Source: Candidatus Enterousia sp.
GTDB taxonomy: Bacteria > Pseudomonadota > Alphaproteobacteria > Rs-D84
Length of the DNA: 64,000 nucleotides
Direction of reading: 5' to 3'
Assembly: GCA_045539815.1 (NCBI GenBank)
Contig: JAZQGC010000009.1
Location: 9,064-73,063, forward strand
Shown: positions 19,210-29,525 of the stretch, piece by piece
Layout of the letters: every line of letters begins with the position of its first letter
Position numbering within the stretch: position 1 is the first letter of the stretch
The notes under the pieces: model-generated
Database searches by the model: none
What the model was told of the DNA's origin: nothing
The model's input: the letters and a program-made list of their open reading frames with translations, nothing else
Translations under genes and position numbers: made by a program

Positions 19210-19635
19210 TTTGTGACTTTCGTATTCTTCTTGTTCTTCGATGGTCATGGTTGCCAATGGGCGGGCTAACATGCGTTCTAGTCCGATTTCGTCGCCAGAG
19301 ACAACACTGTATCCGTATGTGCCATTTTCAATTCTGTCCAATGCTGCGCGTACTTTGCGTAATAATTTATTGTTGCGGTCAGACATGCGCAGGTCGTGTG
19401 TAATGTCCTGGTTGTATGATGCGTTATCGGTTTCATCACCAACACCAGCCGATTCGGTTTTTTCTGCCATGCGAACAGCATTTAAAACAGAATCGCGTTC
19501 GCTGATTAATTCTTCTTGTTGGGTGTTCAATATATTATAGAAATATGCCAACTGTTCAGGACACATATATGGTTCTGATTTTTTTGGTTTATATTTTTCA
19601 GACAGTTCGATGTTCTTGTAATTTTTTGTTGCCAT
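19207..19635 (-). CDS. dksA: RNA polymerase-binding transcription factor DksA (zinc-finger-less variant)
   Basis: DksA/TraR coiled-coil with the acidic tip region. The C-terminal region has no Cys. Confidence 0.7.
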   Translation of the reverse strand: MATKNYKNIELSEKYKPKKSEPYMCPEQLAYFYNILNTQQEELISERDSVLNAVRMAEKTESAGVGDETDNASYNQDITHDLRMSDRNNKLLRKVRAALDRIENGTYGYSVVSGDEIGLERMLARPLATMTIEEQEEYESHK

Positions 19636-19958
19636 TATTCAGCTCCTTTCAGTTCCTGAATCCAATCCAGTAATGTGTCTTCGTCCATTACACCTGTGCG
19701 TGCTTCGACCAGTTCACCGTTTTTAAACGCCAAAATGCTGGGGATGCTGCGTATGCCAAAGCGTGTTGGAGTTTTTCTGTTCGCTTCGTCAATTTCAAAT
19801 TTAATGAATTTTGCGTCGGTTGTTTTTTCAGATGCTGATTCAAAAATTGGACCAAACATACGACATGGACCACACCATGTTGCCCAAAAGTCAACCAGGG
19901 TTATTCCGTTGCCTAATAAACTGTCGAATGTTGTGTCGTTTGCGTGTTCAAGTGCCAT
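19635..19958 (-). CDS. trxA: thioredoxin
   Basis: Active site WCGPC (DFWATWCGPCRM). Starts at MALEH. Confidence 0.85.
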   Translation of the reverse strand: MALEHANDTTFDSLLGNGITLVDFWATWCGPCRMFGPIFESASEKTTDAKFIKFEIDEANRKTPTRFGIRSIPSILAFKNGELVEARTGVMDEDTLLDWIQELKGAE

Positions 19959-20033
19959 ATTTTTTCTCCTTTCTTTGATTGATATTCTATGCGAGTGTAT
20001 TATAATCAGTGCAAAATGCAAGAGAAAAACAAA

Positions 20034-21125
20034 ATGAATAAAATCATATACTTAGATGCGGCTGCAAGCTATCTAAAATCAGATGCCGTCATAGGGGCGC
20101 AGGTTGATTTTTTACAGAACAAATATGCCAATGCGGGACGGGGAATTTGCGCGCGTGCAACAGATGTTGATAATATGCTGAAAACAACCCGTAACAAGGT
20201 GGCCGATTTTGTCGGTGCGGAAAATAAAAATATTGTGTTTACGCATGGTACAACCAGTGCGATGAATATGGTTGCAAATATGCTGAATCTGGGGGAAAAC
20301 GCGCGTGTATGCGTGTCTGATTTGGATCACCACAGTGCCAGATTACCCTTTGTTAAAACAGGGGCACAAATAATCGTATGTGATTTGGATGATAATTTGG
20401 ATATTGATATTAATCTTGTCCCTGTGGCAGATGTGATGGTAATAAGCGCCATGTCTAATGTCGTTGGACGCGCCCAAGATGTTGCGCGTATTATACAGGC
20501 GGCACGTAAAAAAAATCCAAATGTTATAACCGTTGTGGATGCAGCGCAATATGTTGTACATGATAAAATAGATGTAAAAAAATGGGATTGTGATTTTATG
20601 TGTTTTTCAGGACATAAAATTGGTGCGGATACCGGGGTTGGTGTTTTGTATATTAAAAATCCTGATTCGTTTAAGCCGGTGGTGTTTGGTGGTGGTATGG
20701 TTAATAAAATTGATGGTGATACGATTTTGTTAAATGCGGCACCAGATGTATTTGAAGCCGGAACCCTGCCGTTGACACAAATTGCGGGACTGGGGGTGGC
20801 AATCGATGTGCTGGAAAAAAACAGACCTAATCTGGAATTGATAAAGTATATGTATGATGAATTATCGAAATTACCACAAATAAAAATAATTTCTGCACGC
20901 GAATCAGCGCTGTTAAGTTTTGCGGTAAATGGTATGCATCCGTTGGATTTTGGGGCGTTGTTGGGGGCGCGTAATGTGTGTGTGCGTGTTGGTAATATGT
21001 GCGCGTCATGGATTCATCAGCGTTTAAATATTGTCGGTTCTGTTCGTGTTTCTGTTGGTGCCTATAATAACTTGCAAGAAGTAAAAACTGTGATATCTTA
21101 CATCAAAGAAATTGTGAAAAAATGA
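20034..21125 (+). CDS. sufS: cysteine desulfurase (SufS-like, class V aminotransferase)
   Basis: IIYLDAAAS near the N-terminus and the PLP-lysine region FMCFSGHKIGADTGVGVLYIK. Confidence 0.85.
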   Translation: MNKIIYLDAAASYLKSDAVIGAQVDFLQNKYANAGRGICARATDVDNMLKTTRNKVADFVGAENKNIVFTHGTTSAMNMVANMLNLGENARVCVSDLDHHSARLPFVKTGAQIIVCDLDDNLDIDINLVPVADVMVISAMSNVVGRAQDVARIIQAARKKNPNVITVVDAAQYVVHDKIDVKKWDCDFMCFSGHKIGADTGVGVLYIKNPDSFKPVVFGGGMVNKIDGDTILLNAAPDVFEAGTLPLTQIAGLGVAIDVLEKNRPNLELIKYMYDELSKLPQIKIISARESALLSFAVNGMHPLDFGALLGARNVCVRVGNMCASWIHQRLNIVGSVRVSVGAYNNLQEVKTVISYIKEIVKK

Positions 21126-21436
21126 TTGAAAGACAAGATATTATTGATGCCTTAAAAAAGATTTACGACCCAGAAATTCCTGTAAATATATGGGATATGG
21201 GCTTGATTTATGATATTGATATTTCAGATGATTTGGTTGTTATAAAAATGACTTTTACCAGTCCGACCTGTCCAATGATGGAAGAACTGTTGGCCCAGGT
21301 GCGTGATGCAACACAACAGGTCGTGGGCAGTAATGTTGGGGTGCGTGTCGATTTGGTTTGGGATCCACCATGGAATCTGTCGCGTATGTCAGATGCCGCG
21401 CGGTTGGAATTAGATTTGACGAACGAAGGGTGGTAA
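21122..21436 (+). CDS. sufT: SUF system Fe-S assembly protein (DUF59/SufT, MIP18-like)
   Basis: DALKKIYDPEIPVNIWDMGLIY…FTSPTCPMM is the DUF59 signature. Confidence 0.65.
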   Translation: MIERQDIIDALKKIYDPEIPVNIWDMGLIYDIDISDDLVVIKMTFTSPTCPMMEELLAQVRDATQQVVGSNVGVRVDLVWDPPWNLSRMSDAARLELDLTNEGW

Positions 21437-21438
21437 AT

Positions 21439-21801
21439 ATGATGTATCAAGATATAAAAAATACTTTGTTGTCATTGTCTGATCCTGTGATGCGTCTGGA
21501 ATTTGTGATGGATTTGGGAACAAGGTTGAATGCCGTTCCTGATTCTGCACAATGTACGCAAATAATGGGGTGTGCGTCATTTGTGGAAATTTGCCGTGAT
21601 GGAAATAATTTTTTTGGGCGCGCAGATTCTGCGTTGGTGCGCGGAATTGTTGCGATATTTGTCGCAATGGTTGACGGAAAAACGCCTGATGAAATAAGAC
21701 AGATTGATATGGAATCAGAATTTGCCGGGCTGGATTTGAATCTGGGGGCGGGGCGTTTAAATGGTGTTAATTCTATGATTCGTTTTTTTCAGAATTTATG
21801 A
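21439..21801 (+). CDS. sufE: cysteine desulfuration protein SufE
   Basis: IMGCASFVEI contains the SufE active Cys motif. Confidence 0.75.
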   Translation: MMYQDIKNTLLSLSDPVMRLEFVMDLGTRLNAVPDSAQCTQIMGCASFVEICRDGNNFFGRADSALVRGIVAIFVAMVDGKTPDEIRQIDMESEFAGLDLNLGAGRLNGVNSMIRFFQNL

Positions 21802-21845
21802 TACAATGTTATTTGTTGGGGGGCGTGATGGGTGATGATGAAAAA

Positions 21846-22121
21846 ATGTTTCAAATAGGCGCGTGGTCTTTTGGCATTGTGTTGTTTTTATCGGTGGTGT
21901 TACAGGTGTCTTATCGTACACAGGACAGACAGTTAAATCGTGTGCGACGCGATATAGTGCAAACACAACAAAAAGTCGCAATGGCAGAGGCAAGTTTTGC
22001 GTCATATGTCAGACCAGAAATTTTGCGAAATATGGTCGTGACAATTGCCCCGAAATCCGAAGTGGTCAGTTTTCAAAAATCTGTGACAATTGATAAATTA
22101 CCAACCAGGGAAGATTCTTGA
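21846..22121 (+). CDS. ftsL: cell-division protein FtsL-like (bitopic, coiled-coil)
   Basis: A single TM helix followed by a coiled-coil, located immediately upstream of ftsI. Confidence 0.45.
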   Translation: MFQIGAWSFGIVLFLSVVLQVSYRTQDRQLNRVRRDIVQTQQKVAMAEASFASYVRPEILRNMVVTIAPKSEVVSFQKSVTIDKLPTREDS

Positions 22122-23758
22122 TGTTTGAAATCGGTAAAGATATTTTTAAACATGGATCAAAAGGTACGCGTATAGACAGTATGACGCGTAAAAGATTAAG
22201 TTTTGTGCATTTTGCTTTTTTTGCAGTTTTTACATTGTTTGTATTGCGTACATTGCAATTGGGTATCCAGGGAACAGACCGATCCAGATTGGCCAGTGTT
22301 GATGCAGAATGGTCTGTACAACGCGCAGATATTGTGGATAGAAATGGCGATATTTTGGCGAAAAATGTTGAGTCTGGACATATCATATTGCGAAACAGGG
22401 CTGTGCGCGATAAAGACAGGGATGCGGTCGCAAAAACAATACATCAAATAATGCCGTATGAGTATTCGTTGGAAGAAGCACTGGCGTTATTAGATTCTCC
22501 AAAACGTTTTATCAGATTAAAGAAATATGCCAGTGATAAACAACGTGAAATTGTAAAGAAAGCACGATTAGAAGGATTGGAAATCGAAAAAATACAGACC
22601 AGAAAATATCCTAAACGACGTTTGTTTTCTCATTTGGTCGGTTTCGTCGGTGCCGATGGACACGGACTGGAAGGGGCCGAGCGTGTTTATGATAAATATT
22701 TAATGGAAAACAAGGATCCGTTGCAGTTGTCTGTGGATTCGCGTATCCAGTCGGTGTTTTATGAACAGTTGTCGTTTGCAATGCAAAAATATGGAACATT
22801 GGCGGCGATGGGGATGCTGATGGATTCGCGTACAGGTGAAATTATCGCGATGGTATCTTTGCCCGATTTTGATCCAGAAAATCTGCGCGCAGACCCCGTT
22901 GCAAACAGGTTGTTTAAACCAATGCGCAGTGTATATGAATTGGGGTCTATATTTAAAATATTTAATACGGCGTTGGCGTTGGAAAATGGTATCGATGTAA
23001 AAAAAGAATATTATGTTGAAAAGCCGTTCCCGATATACGATAAAAATGGACGGGTTGCAAAATATATTACAGATATTCGCAGCTTTAAACCGCCACGCCC
23101 CAGTATTAATGTAGAAGAAATTATGGTGCATTCTTGTAATGTGGGCAGTGCGCAAATCGCAATGGATTTGCCAGATGGTGCACAAAAAGAATTCTTTGAA
23201 AGATTGCATATGGACAAGGCTTTGACACTGGAATTCGGGCGTACAGAAAATACGTTGCCACAACGAAAATGGGGACCGGTGGAACGCGCAACAGTGTCAT
23301 ATGGACATGGATATGCAATAACACCAATGCATTTGTTGTTGGGGGTTAATGCGGTTACAAATGGTGGTATTTATATATATCCAACACTGAAAAAACGTAA
23401 TGTTGGTGCCGTGCAAGGGGAACGTGTTCTGGCAGATGAAATATCCGCAAAGCTGCGTCCAATAATGTTGCGTGTCGCCGAAGAAACCAGTGGAAAAAAA
23501 GCGCGTGTTTCTGGGATTGAAATCGCAGGAAAAACAGCGACAGCTGAAAAATATGTTAACGGCAAGGTTGATAGAAAACGAAATATCACGGCGTTTGTTG
23601 GGGTCTTTCCGGCCAGTGCGCCACAATATACAATATTGGTTATTTTGGATGAACCCAAGGGAACAAAAGAGTCTTGGGGGTGGCGTACGGCGGCATGGAA
23701 TGCGGTGCCGACAACCGGAAAAATATTGGATAGTATACTGCCGTTGCTATTTGAATAA
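22118..23758 (+). CDS. ftsI: penicillin-binding protein 3 (FtsI-type transpeptidase)
   Basis: N-terminal TM helix, with SxxK (SIFKIF), SxN-like and KTGT (AGKTATAEK) motifs. Confidence 0.8.
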   Translation: MMFEIGKDIFKHGSKGTRIDSMTRKRLSFVHFAFFAVFTLFVLRTLQLGIQGTDRSRLASVDAEWSVQRADIVDRNGDILAKNVESGHIILRNRAVRDKDRDAVAKTIHQIMPYEYSLEEALALLDSPKRFIRLKKYASDKQREIVKKARLEGLEIEKIQTRKYPKRRLFSHLVGFVGADGHGLEGAERVYDKYLMENKDPLQLSVDSRIQSVFYEQLSFAMQKYGTLAAMGMLMDSRTGEIIAMVSLPDFDPENLRADPVANRLFKPMRSVYELGSIFKIFNTALALENGIDVKKEYYVEKPFPIYDKNGRVAKYITDIRSFKPPRPSINVEEIMVHSCNVGSAQIAMDLPDGAQKEFFERLHMDKALTLEFGRTENTLPQRKWGPVERATVSYGHGYAITPMHLLLGVNAVTNGGIYIYPTLKKRNVGAVQGERVLADEISAKLRPIMLRVAEETSGKKARVSGIEIAGKTATAEKYVNGKVDRKRNITAFVGVFPASAPQYTILVILDEPKGTKESWGWRTAAWNAVPTTGKILDSILPLLFE

Positions 23759-23761
23759 TTT

Positions 23762-25552
23762 TTGATTATAATACTTCTGATAATAAAAAAAAGAGAAGTA
23801 AGTGTGAGAAAGTTAGTAGAAAAATCCATGCTGGGCAAGGCATGGGTGACAGCGTATGATGATTTTAGTTCCGCAAATGATTTGTTAAGCCGCGTATTAC
23901 AGGCACGTGGTATTAAATCTGATGAAGAAGTAAATATGTTTTTAAACCCGTCTATCAAGGGGTATATGCCGAATCCGTCTGTGATGATGGATATGGACAA
24001 AGGCGCAAAAATTATCGCAGACGCAATTGATGCAAATAAAAAAATTGCAATATATGGCGATTATGATGTTGATGGTATTACATCCACAGCAATATTGGTA
24101 AAGTACTTGCGTGCAATTGGTACGGATGTTGTTTGGCACCTGCCAACGCGCGAGGGCGAAGGTTATGGCCTGAACAATGATGCGATTGATGAAATTGTAA
24201 ACAGTGGGGCCGCGTTGTTGGTTACTGTGGACTGTGGTATCAGCGGAATTGATGAAGTTAAATATGCAAAAAACGCGGGACTGGATGTCGTTGTGACAGA
24301 CCATCATTCGCCAGATGCTGTGTTGCCTGATGCAGATGCGGTGATTAATCCAAAACGCGCAGATGATGGTTCGGAATTGAATTATTTGGCGGGTGTCGGT
24401 GTTGCTTTTTTGACATTGGTTGCACTGAACAGGGAATTGAAAAATCGTCATCGTGATGATGATATGGCACATAGATTACAAGGTGTTAATTTACTGAATT
24501 TTATGGATTTGGTGGCGTTGGGGACAATTTGCGATACGATGCCATTGGTCGGGTTAAACAGGGCTTTTGTCGCCACGGGGTTAAAGGTGTTGGGGTTGCG
24601 ACAAAATTTGGGACTGCGTGTGTTGATGGATATCGCAGGGATTAAAAAGCCTTCTGTGTATGCGGCTGGATTTGCGCTGGGGCCGCGTTTAAATGCCGCG
24701 GGCAGATTGGATTCTGCCGCGCCTGCGTTGGAATTATTGTTGACGGATAATCCGTTGATTGCCCAAGATTTAGCATCAAAATTGCATCAAATGAACCAGG
24801 AACGAATCGATATACAAAATGCAATTATGTTGCGGGCCACAGAAATGGCAGAAAATTGTTGCGCATCAGGAAAATGCAGTTTGTTTGTCTGTGGCGATAA
24901 CTGGCATGGTGGTGTTATGGGAATTATCGCAGGACGCTTGAAAGATAAATTTAATTTGCCGTCATGTGTCGCAACAAAGTCTGATGGTCAGATAAATGGT
25001 TCTGGGCGTTCAATCGCAGGTGTGGATTTGGGTAAAATAATTCATGATGCATTGGCTGCAGGTATTATTACCGAAGGCGGGGGACATGCTGCCGCCGCCG
25101 GATTTTCGTTAAGTGTTGAAAACGAAGGGGCGTTTTGTGAATTCTTGGAACGTGCCGTCGCAGAGCAGTTGGATGGCGTGTTGCCCGCACCAGAGGTTGT
25201 TGTTGATGCCGTGCTGGATGCAGGTGGTGCAACAATGAAGTTGGTAAAACAATTGTCTGCAATGGAACCATTTGGCCAGGGAAATCCAGAACCTGTCTTG
25301 GTGTTGGAAGGGGCGGTTGTACGACATGCAACAATTATGGGCAGTGGGGCGCATCTGCGCGGAACAGTCGCAACCAGTGCCGGAACACAATTGGCGTTTG
25401 TTGGGTTTAATTTGGTCGGAACAAATGTTGGTAATTTTTTACTAGACGATGCCAATACTAATACTAAAATAAAGATGTTGGGAAAATTGAAAGAGAACGA
25501 ATATAATGGACGCGTAAGTGTGCAATTCGTCTTGGAAGATATTGCAATATAG
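23762..25552 (+). CDS. recJ: single-stranded-DNA-specific exonuclease RecJ
   Basis: DHH motifs IAIYGDYDVDGITS and VVTDHHSP, plus a DHHA1 domain and a C-terminal OB domain. Confidence 0.85.
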   Translation: MIIILLIIKKREVSVRKLVEKSMLGKAWVTAYDDFSSANDLLSRVLQARGIKSDEEVNMFLNPSIKGYMPNPSVMMDMDKGAKIIADAIDANKKIAIYGDYDVDGITSTAILVKYLRAIGTDVVWHLPTREGEGYGLNNDAIDEIVNSGAALLVTVDCGISGIDEVKYAKNAGLDVVVTDHHSPDAVLPDADAVINPKRADDGSELNYLAGVGVAFLTLVALNRELKNRHRDDDMAHRLQGVNLLNFMDLVALGTICDTMPLVGLNRAFVATGLKVLGLRQNLGLRVLMDIAGIKKPSVYAAGFALGPRLNAAGRLDSAAPALELLLTDNPLIAQDLASKLHQMNQERIDIQNAIMLRATEMAENCCASGKCSLFVCGDNWHGGVMGIIAGRLKDKFNLPSCVATKSDGQINGSGRSIAGVDLGKIIHDALAAGIITEGGGHAAAAGFSLSVENEGAFCEFLERAVAEQLDGVLPAPEVVVDAVLDAGGATMKLVKQLSAMEPFGQGNPEPVLVLEGAVVRHATIMGSGAHLRGTVATSAGTQLAFVGFNLVGTNVGNFLLDDANTNTKIKMLGKLKENEYNGRVSVQFVLEDIAI

Positions 25553-25560
25553 AAGTTGTT

Positions 25561-26511
25561 ATGAAAGATAATATAAAAGTTTTTTTTGAACGCGTAAAAA
25601 ATGCAAAAACAATTGCAATCATGGGACATAAAAACCCTGATGGCGATTCGTTGTGCAGCGTTCTGGCGTTGGCAAATATTATTAATACAAATTTTGGAAT
25701 ACAGCCTGTGTGCGTGTATGATGGAAATATTCCTGATTGTTTGGATGGTGTGCCTTTGCGTAATCAAATAAAATATTTTGAACGTGTTGATATGAGCATG
25801 GTCTTTGATTTGGTTATTGTGATGGATTATGGAAATCCTGCGCATATTGGTGGACCAAAAACAATCGTTGATAATGCACGTTGTGTGGTTGAAATCGATC
25901 ATCATAAAAACGAACATAATGTCGGTGATTTGCGTATTATTGATGATATGGCGGCTGCAACAGCGGTGATTGTTTATAATATGATATGCCAAGAAAATTT
26001 AAAAATGGATGGTAATACGGCGGATTTGTTGGCGTTGGCAATATTGACCGATACAGGAAATTTTAAGTTTGTACGTAATGGCGATGCGTTGCGAATAATG
26101 GCAAATTTGGTCGATGCAGGGGTTAATATTCGTGAACTGTTGGAATTGTTAAACAATAAACCGCGCAAGGCTGTACAATTAGAAGCGCGTGTTACCGCAA
26201 ATGCAGAATTCTTTTATGGTGGACGGTTGGCGTTGGCGACAATCGTTAAAAAGGATTATAAATATCTGGACGGACGCGGCGAAACCGTGTTGAATTTGTT
26301 GGCACAGATTCAAGGCGTTGATTATGTGGTCTTGTTAAAAGAACAAAAGTCAGAACAAATTGGAATATCGATTCGCAGCAGATCAAAACCAATTGATAAA
26401 TTGGCTGTCGCGTTGGGTGGGGGGGGACATGAACGGGCCGCTGGCGCGATTGTACGAAATTCATTGGATGCGGTGCGTGAACAGGTCTTGGAATTATTTA
26501 AAGAGGTTTAA
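25561..26511 (+). CDS. nrnA: DHH-family phosphoesterase (NrnA-like oligoribonuclease/pAp phosphatase)
   Basis: IAIMGHKNPDGDSL and IDHHKNEH, with DHHA1 GGGGHERAAGA. Confidence 0.75.
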   Translation: MKDNIKVFFERVKNAKTIAIMGHKNPDGDSLCSVLALANIINTNFGIQPVCVYDGNIPDCLDGVPLRNQIKYFERVDMSMVFDLVIVMDYGNPAHIGGPKTIVDNARCVVEIDHHKNEHNVGDLRIIDDMAAATAVIVYNMICQENLKMDGNTADLLALAILTDTGNFKFVRNGDALRIMANLVDAGVNIRELLELLNNKPRKAVQLEARVTANAEFFYGGRLALATIVKKDYKYLDGRGETVLNLLAQIQGVDYVVLLKEQKSEQIGISIRSRSKPIDKLAVALGGGGHERAAGAIVRNSLDAVREQVLELFKEV

Positions 26512-26512
26512 T

Positions 26513-27127
26513 ATGAAAAAATTTTTAATCTGTTTGGGGCTTGTATTTTTTATGGGGACGGCTGGTGCGTCTGTTGATAATAATTTGGTCGGGGATGCTG
26601 AAAAATATTTAAATTCTATTACCGGGTTAAATGGTGTATTTGTGCAGACCGCAAATGGTAAACAACAACAGGGAAATTTTGCGATGTTGCGCCCGGGACG
26701 CGTTCGGTTAGACTATGATAATATGCCGGTTCAGCTGATTGCAGATGGGGATGATTTGTATTTCTTTGACCGGTCGTTGGATCAGATTACAACGGTGCCG
26801 TTGACCAGTACGCCAGCAGGGATATTGATTCGAAAAAATATTGACTTGAAAAATGCAGATATAAATGTCATAGAAACAGCCAGTATGGATGATACTTTTT
26901 CGTTAAAGATGAATTTGCGTGGACAAGAAGGATTGGGAAATATGACGGTTGTGTTTGATAAAAAGCCGGTAAAATTAAATTCTTGGACAGTTGTTGATGC
27001 AACAGGTGCGACAACCGAAGTGTTGTTTCGTGACTTAAAAGAAAAAACAAAGTTTGGTAAAGATTTCTTTCAAATACAAAGACATAAAACAGTATCAGCC
27101 AGTGGTGGTGATGATTTCTATGATTAA
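26513..27127 (+). CDS. LolA-like outer-membrane lipoprotein carrier protein
   Basis: Signal peptide, with FAMLRPGRVRLDYD…QLIADGDDLYFFD matching the LolA fold signature. Confidence 0.6.
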   Translation: MKKFLICLGLVFFMGTAGASVDNNLVGDAEKYLNSITGLNGVFVQTANGKQQQGNFAMLRPGRVRLDYDNMPVQLIADGDDLYFFDRSLDQITTVPLTSTPAGILIRKNIDLKNADINVIETASMDDTFSLKMNLRGQEGLGNMTVVFDKKPVKLNSWTVVDATGATTEVLFRDLKEKTKFGKDFFQIQRHKTVSASGGDDFYD

Positions 27128-27132
27128 TTAAA

Positions 27133-27438
27133 ATGTTTGGAATTAGTTGGGCAGAATTTTTTGTTATTTTCTTGGTCGCCGTGTTGGTGATTCCTGGGCG
27201 TATGTGGCCAGATGTCGCCAGGTTCGTGGCGCGTTTAATAAAAACTGTGCGCGGGTTGATTTGGAAAATTACAGATGCGTCAGAAAATATAAAACAGCAA
27301 ATAGAACTGGAAAAACCAATTGATGAATTACTTGCAACGACAACTAATGATGTGTTGGCTGATTTTTCTGAGGTTTTACCAAAAAGACAGCTGAAAAAAA
27401 CAACAAAAAAAATATCTAAACCCCGGGCAAAAAAATGA
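27133..27438 (+). CDS. tatB: twin-arginine translocase subunit TatB
   Basis: MFGISWAEFFVIFLVAVLVIPG TM followed by an amphipathic helix. Immediately upstream of tatC. Confidence 0.7.
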   Translation: MFGISWAEFFVIFLVAVLVIPGRMWPDVARFVARLIKTVRGLIWKITDASENIKQQIELEKPIDELLATTTNDVLADFSEVLPKRQLKKTTKKISKPRAKK

Positions 27439-28142
27439 AAAATATGACTTTATTACAGCATTTTTCAGAATTGCGTCGGCGTATTTTGTGGTGCGCGCTG
27501 ATATTTTTAGTGGCCTTTGTCGGGGGCTGGTATGTCGCACCAATGGTTCAGACTTTTTTGACACAGCCTTTGTTAGATGTCTGGGAAAATGGCAGGTTGT
27601 TATATACCGGATTGACAGATGGTTTGATGATACGTTTGTCGTTGTCTGCGCTGGTTGCGTTGGTGGTCGTTATGCCCGTGATATTGTGGCATGTGTGGGC
27701 ATTTGTCGCGCCAGGGTTAAAGAAAAATGAACGTGGTGTTATATGGCCGATTTTAATAATGTCGCCTGTGTTATTTCTTTTTGGGGCAGGATTTGCGTTT
27801 TATATGTTGTTCCCAATCGCGTTCAAATTTTTCATAGAATTAAATAGTTCTGCACCAGTGCCCAGTGCCTTGTTGCCTGTGGCGCGTGACTATTTGCACT
27901 TTGCGATTGGGTTGTTACAGGTTTTTGGCGTGGCGTTTCAATTGCCGTTGGTTTTGGTTTTGTTAAATCGAATCGGTGTTCTGGCACGCGATCGTGTGAT
28001 AAAAATACGCAGATATGCAATCGTTTTTATTATCATTGTTGCTGCGGTTTTAACGCCACCAGATGTTGTGTCGCAATTATTGCTGGCGTTACCAATGTGG
28101 ATTTTGTTTGAATTAAGTATTTTATTTATGCGTCGTGATTGA
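27435..28142 (+). CDS. tatC: twin-arginine translocase subunit TatC
   Basis: Six TM helices with TatC conserved segments (LTHFSELRRR, PGL…ERG). Confidence 0.85.
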   Translation: MKNMTLLQHFSELRRRILWCALIFLVAFVGGWYVAPMVQTFLTQPLLDVWENGRLLYTGLTDGLMIRLSLSALVALVVVMPVILWHVWAFVAPGLKKNERGVIWPILIMSPVLFLFGAGFAFYMLFPIAFKFFIELNSSAPVPSALLPVARDYLHFAIGLLQVFGVAFQLPLVLVLLNRIGVLARDRVIKIRRYAIVFIIIVAAVLTPPDVVSQLLLALPMWILFELSILFMRRD

Positions 28143-28162
28143 TTTTATGATATAATCTGCGT

Positions 28163-29455
28163 ATGAAAAAAATCTGTTTTGCAATTTTGGGTTGTTCTGT
28201 TGCCTTGGCGGCATGTGATTTGCAACCAAAAATTATGTCGCTGCCCGATTCGGTTGGTGACTTTATTTCACAGCGTTATCCTGCGCTGTTGGCGGATCCG
28301 AATACTAATCCAGAAATTTATAATTCTGCGGCGACAGACTATGGCGTGTATGCGTCCCCAAATTTATACGGCAGGGGAACAGATGATGAATATGTTACAT
28401 ATGCCAGTGTTAATGATTATATTGTGCCACCACAAACAACAGATGCGGATGTCGGTGAAAAAATAATTTATGGCGAACCTGAAAAATTGGCGTCAACTGA
28501 TGTTTTAATCGTGCCAGAGTATAACAAAAAAATACAGCAAACAGATATTGTTGTTCAATCAGGGGATAATTTGTATTCGTTGGCAAAGCGGCACGGTTGT
28601 ACGGTTGATGATTTGGCAAAATGGAATAATTTAAGCCAGCCATATACTTTGTCTGTTGGTCAGCGTTTGGCCTTGGGGGCAGGGCAACAAAAAACAGATG
28701 TCGTTGTAACAGAAAAAAATGAAAAAAAACAAACTGTGACACGTGTCGATGTCAAAGAAATAACGGTTGCCCCGGGTGATACATTGTTTTCGCTGTCGCG
28801 TCGATATTCTGTGCCTGTAAATGATTTGGCGGTTATGAATAATCTGGTTGCGCCATTTAATTTGTCGGTGGGACAAAAAATCAGGGTTCCGGATTTGTCT
28901 GATGCGCCGGTCGTGACAAAGCAAGAAAAAACAGATAACAAAACGGAACAAAAGAAAAATACTGACGCACCACAAAAGGTGGCCAATGCAAATAATGCAG
29001 AAAAACATTCTGTGCAACAGACCGAAAAAATATCGTCTGATCCATCCAAGAAATTGCCATCGATTAGTGCACGGTCTTCATCGAAATTTTCTTGGCCGGT
29101 TCAGGGTAAAATTTTGTCTGGGTATGGTTCAAAATCCAGCGGTTTGTTTAATGATGGCATAAATATTGGTGCCGCACGTGGTACAGTGGTCAAGGCCGCT
29201 GAAAACGGTGTTGTTGCCTATGCCGGAAATGAAGTAAAGGGGATGGGAAACTTGATTATTGTTCAGCATGCCGCAGGGTGGATGACGGTATATGCACATA
29301 TGGATTCAATGGTTGTTAAACGTGGCAGTCGTGTAAATGTTGGACAGAAAATAGGCACCGTTGGCGAGACGGGCAAGGTGGATCAACCACAATTACATTT
29401 TGAAATTCGCAAGGGGACCAAGGCTTATAACCCGTCAAATTATTTGAAAAAATAA
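28163..29455 (+). CDS. nlpD: lipoprotein with two LysM domains and a C-terminal M23 peptidase domain (NlpD-like)
   Basis: Lipobox LAAC, two LysM domains (VQSGDNLYSLAKRHG; VAPGDTLFSLSRRY), and the M23 region GINIGAARGT…HLHFEIRKG. Confidence 0.8.
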   Translation: MKKICFAILGCSVALAACDLQPKIMSLPDSVGDFISQRYPALLADPNTNPEIYNSAATDYGVYASPNLYGRGTDDEYVTYASVNDYIVPPQTTDADVGEKIIYGEPEKLASTDVLIVPEYNKKIQQTDIVVQSGDNLYSLAKRHGCTVDDLAKWNNLSQPYTLSVGQRLALGAGQQKTDVVVTEKNEKKQTVTRVDVKEITVAPGDTLFSLSRRYSVPVNDLAVMNNLVAPFNLSVGQKIRVPDLSDAPVVTKQEKTDNKTEQKKNTDAPQKVANANNAEKHSVQQTEKISSDPSKKLPSISARSSSKFSWPVQGKILSGYGSKSSGLFNDGINIGAARGTVVKAAENGVVAYAGNEVKGMGNLIIVQHAAGWMTVYAHMDSMVVKRGSRVNVGQKIGTVGETGKVDQPQLHFEIRKGTKAYNPSNYLKK

Positions 29456-29473
29456 TCTGGTGTTATAAAAACT

Positions 29474-29500
29474 TGATTTTTGTGTAAAAGTGTCTATAAT
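29474..29500 (+). promoter_or_regulatory. candidate promoter of tRNA-Lys (-35 TTGATT / 15 nt / TATAAT)
   Basis: ttgatt at 29474-29479 and tataat at 29495-29500. The tRNA begins at 29526. Confidence 0.4.
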
Positions 29501-29525
29501 TAGGCCTGTTTGAACGAAAGGTTCT

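Noticed and set aside
25042-25992. 316-aa minus-strand ORF
   Set aside because: It is fully antisense to the well-supported recJ and nrnA genes, and its product is low-complexity (I/N/H-rich).
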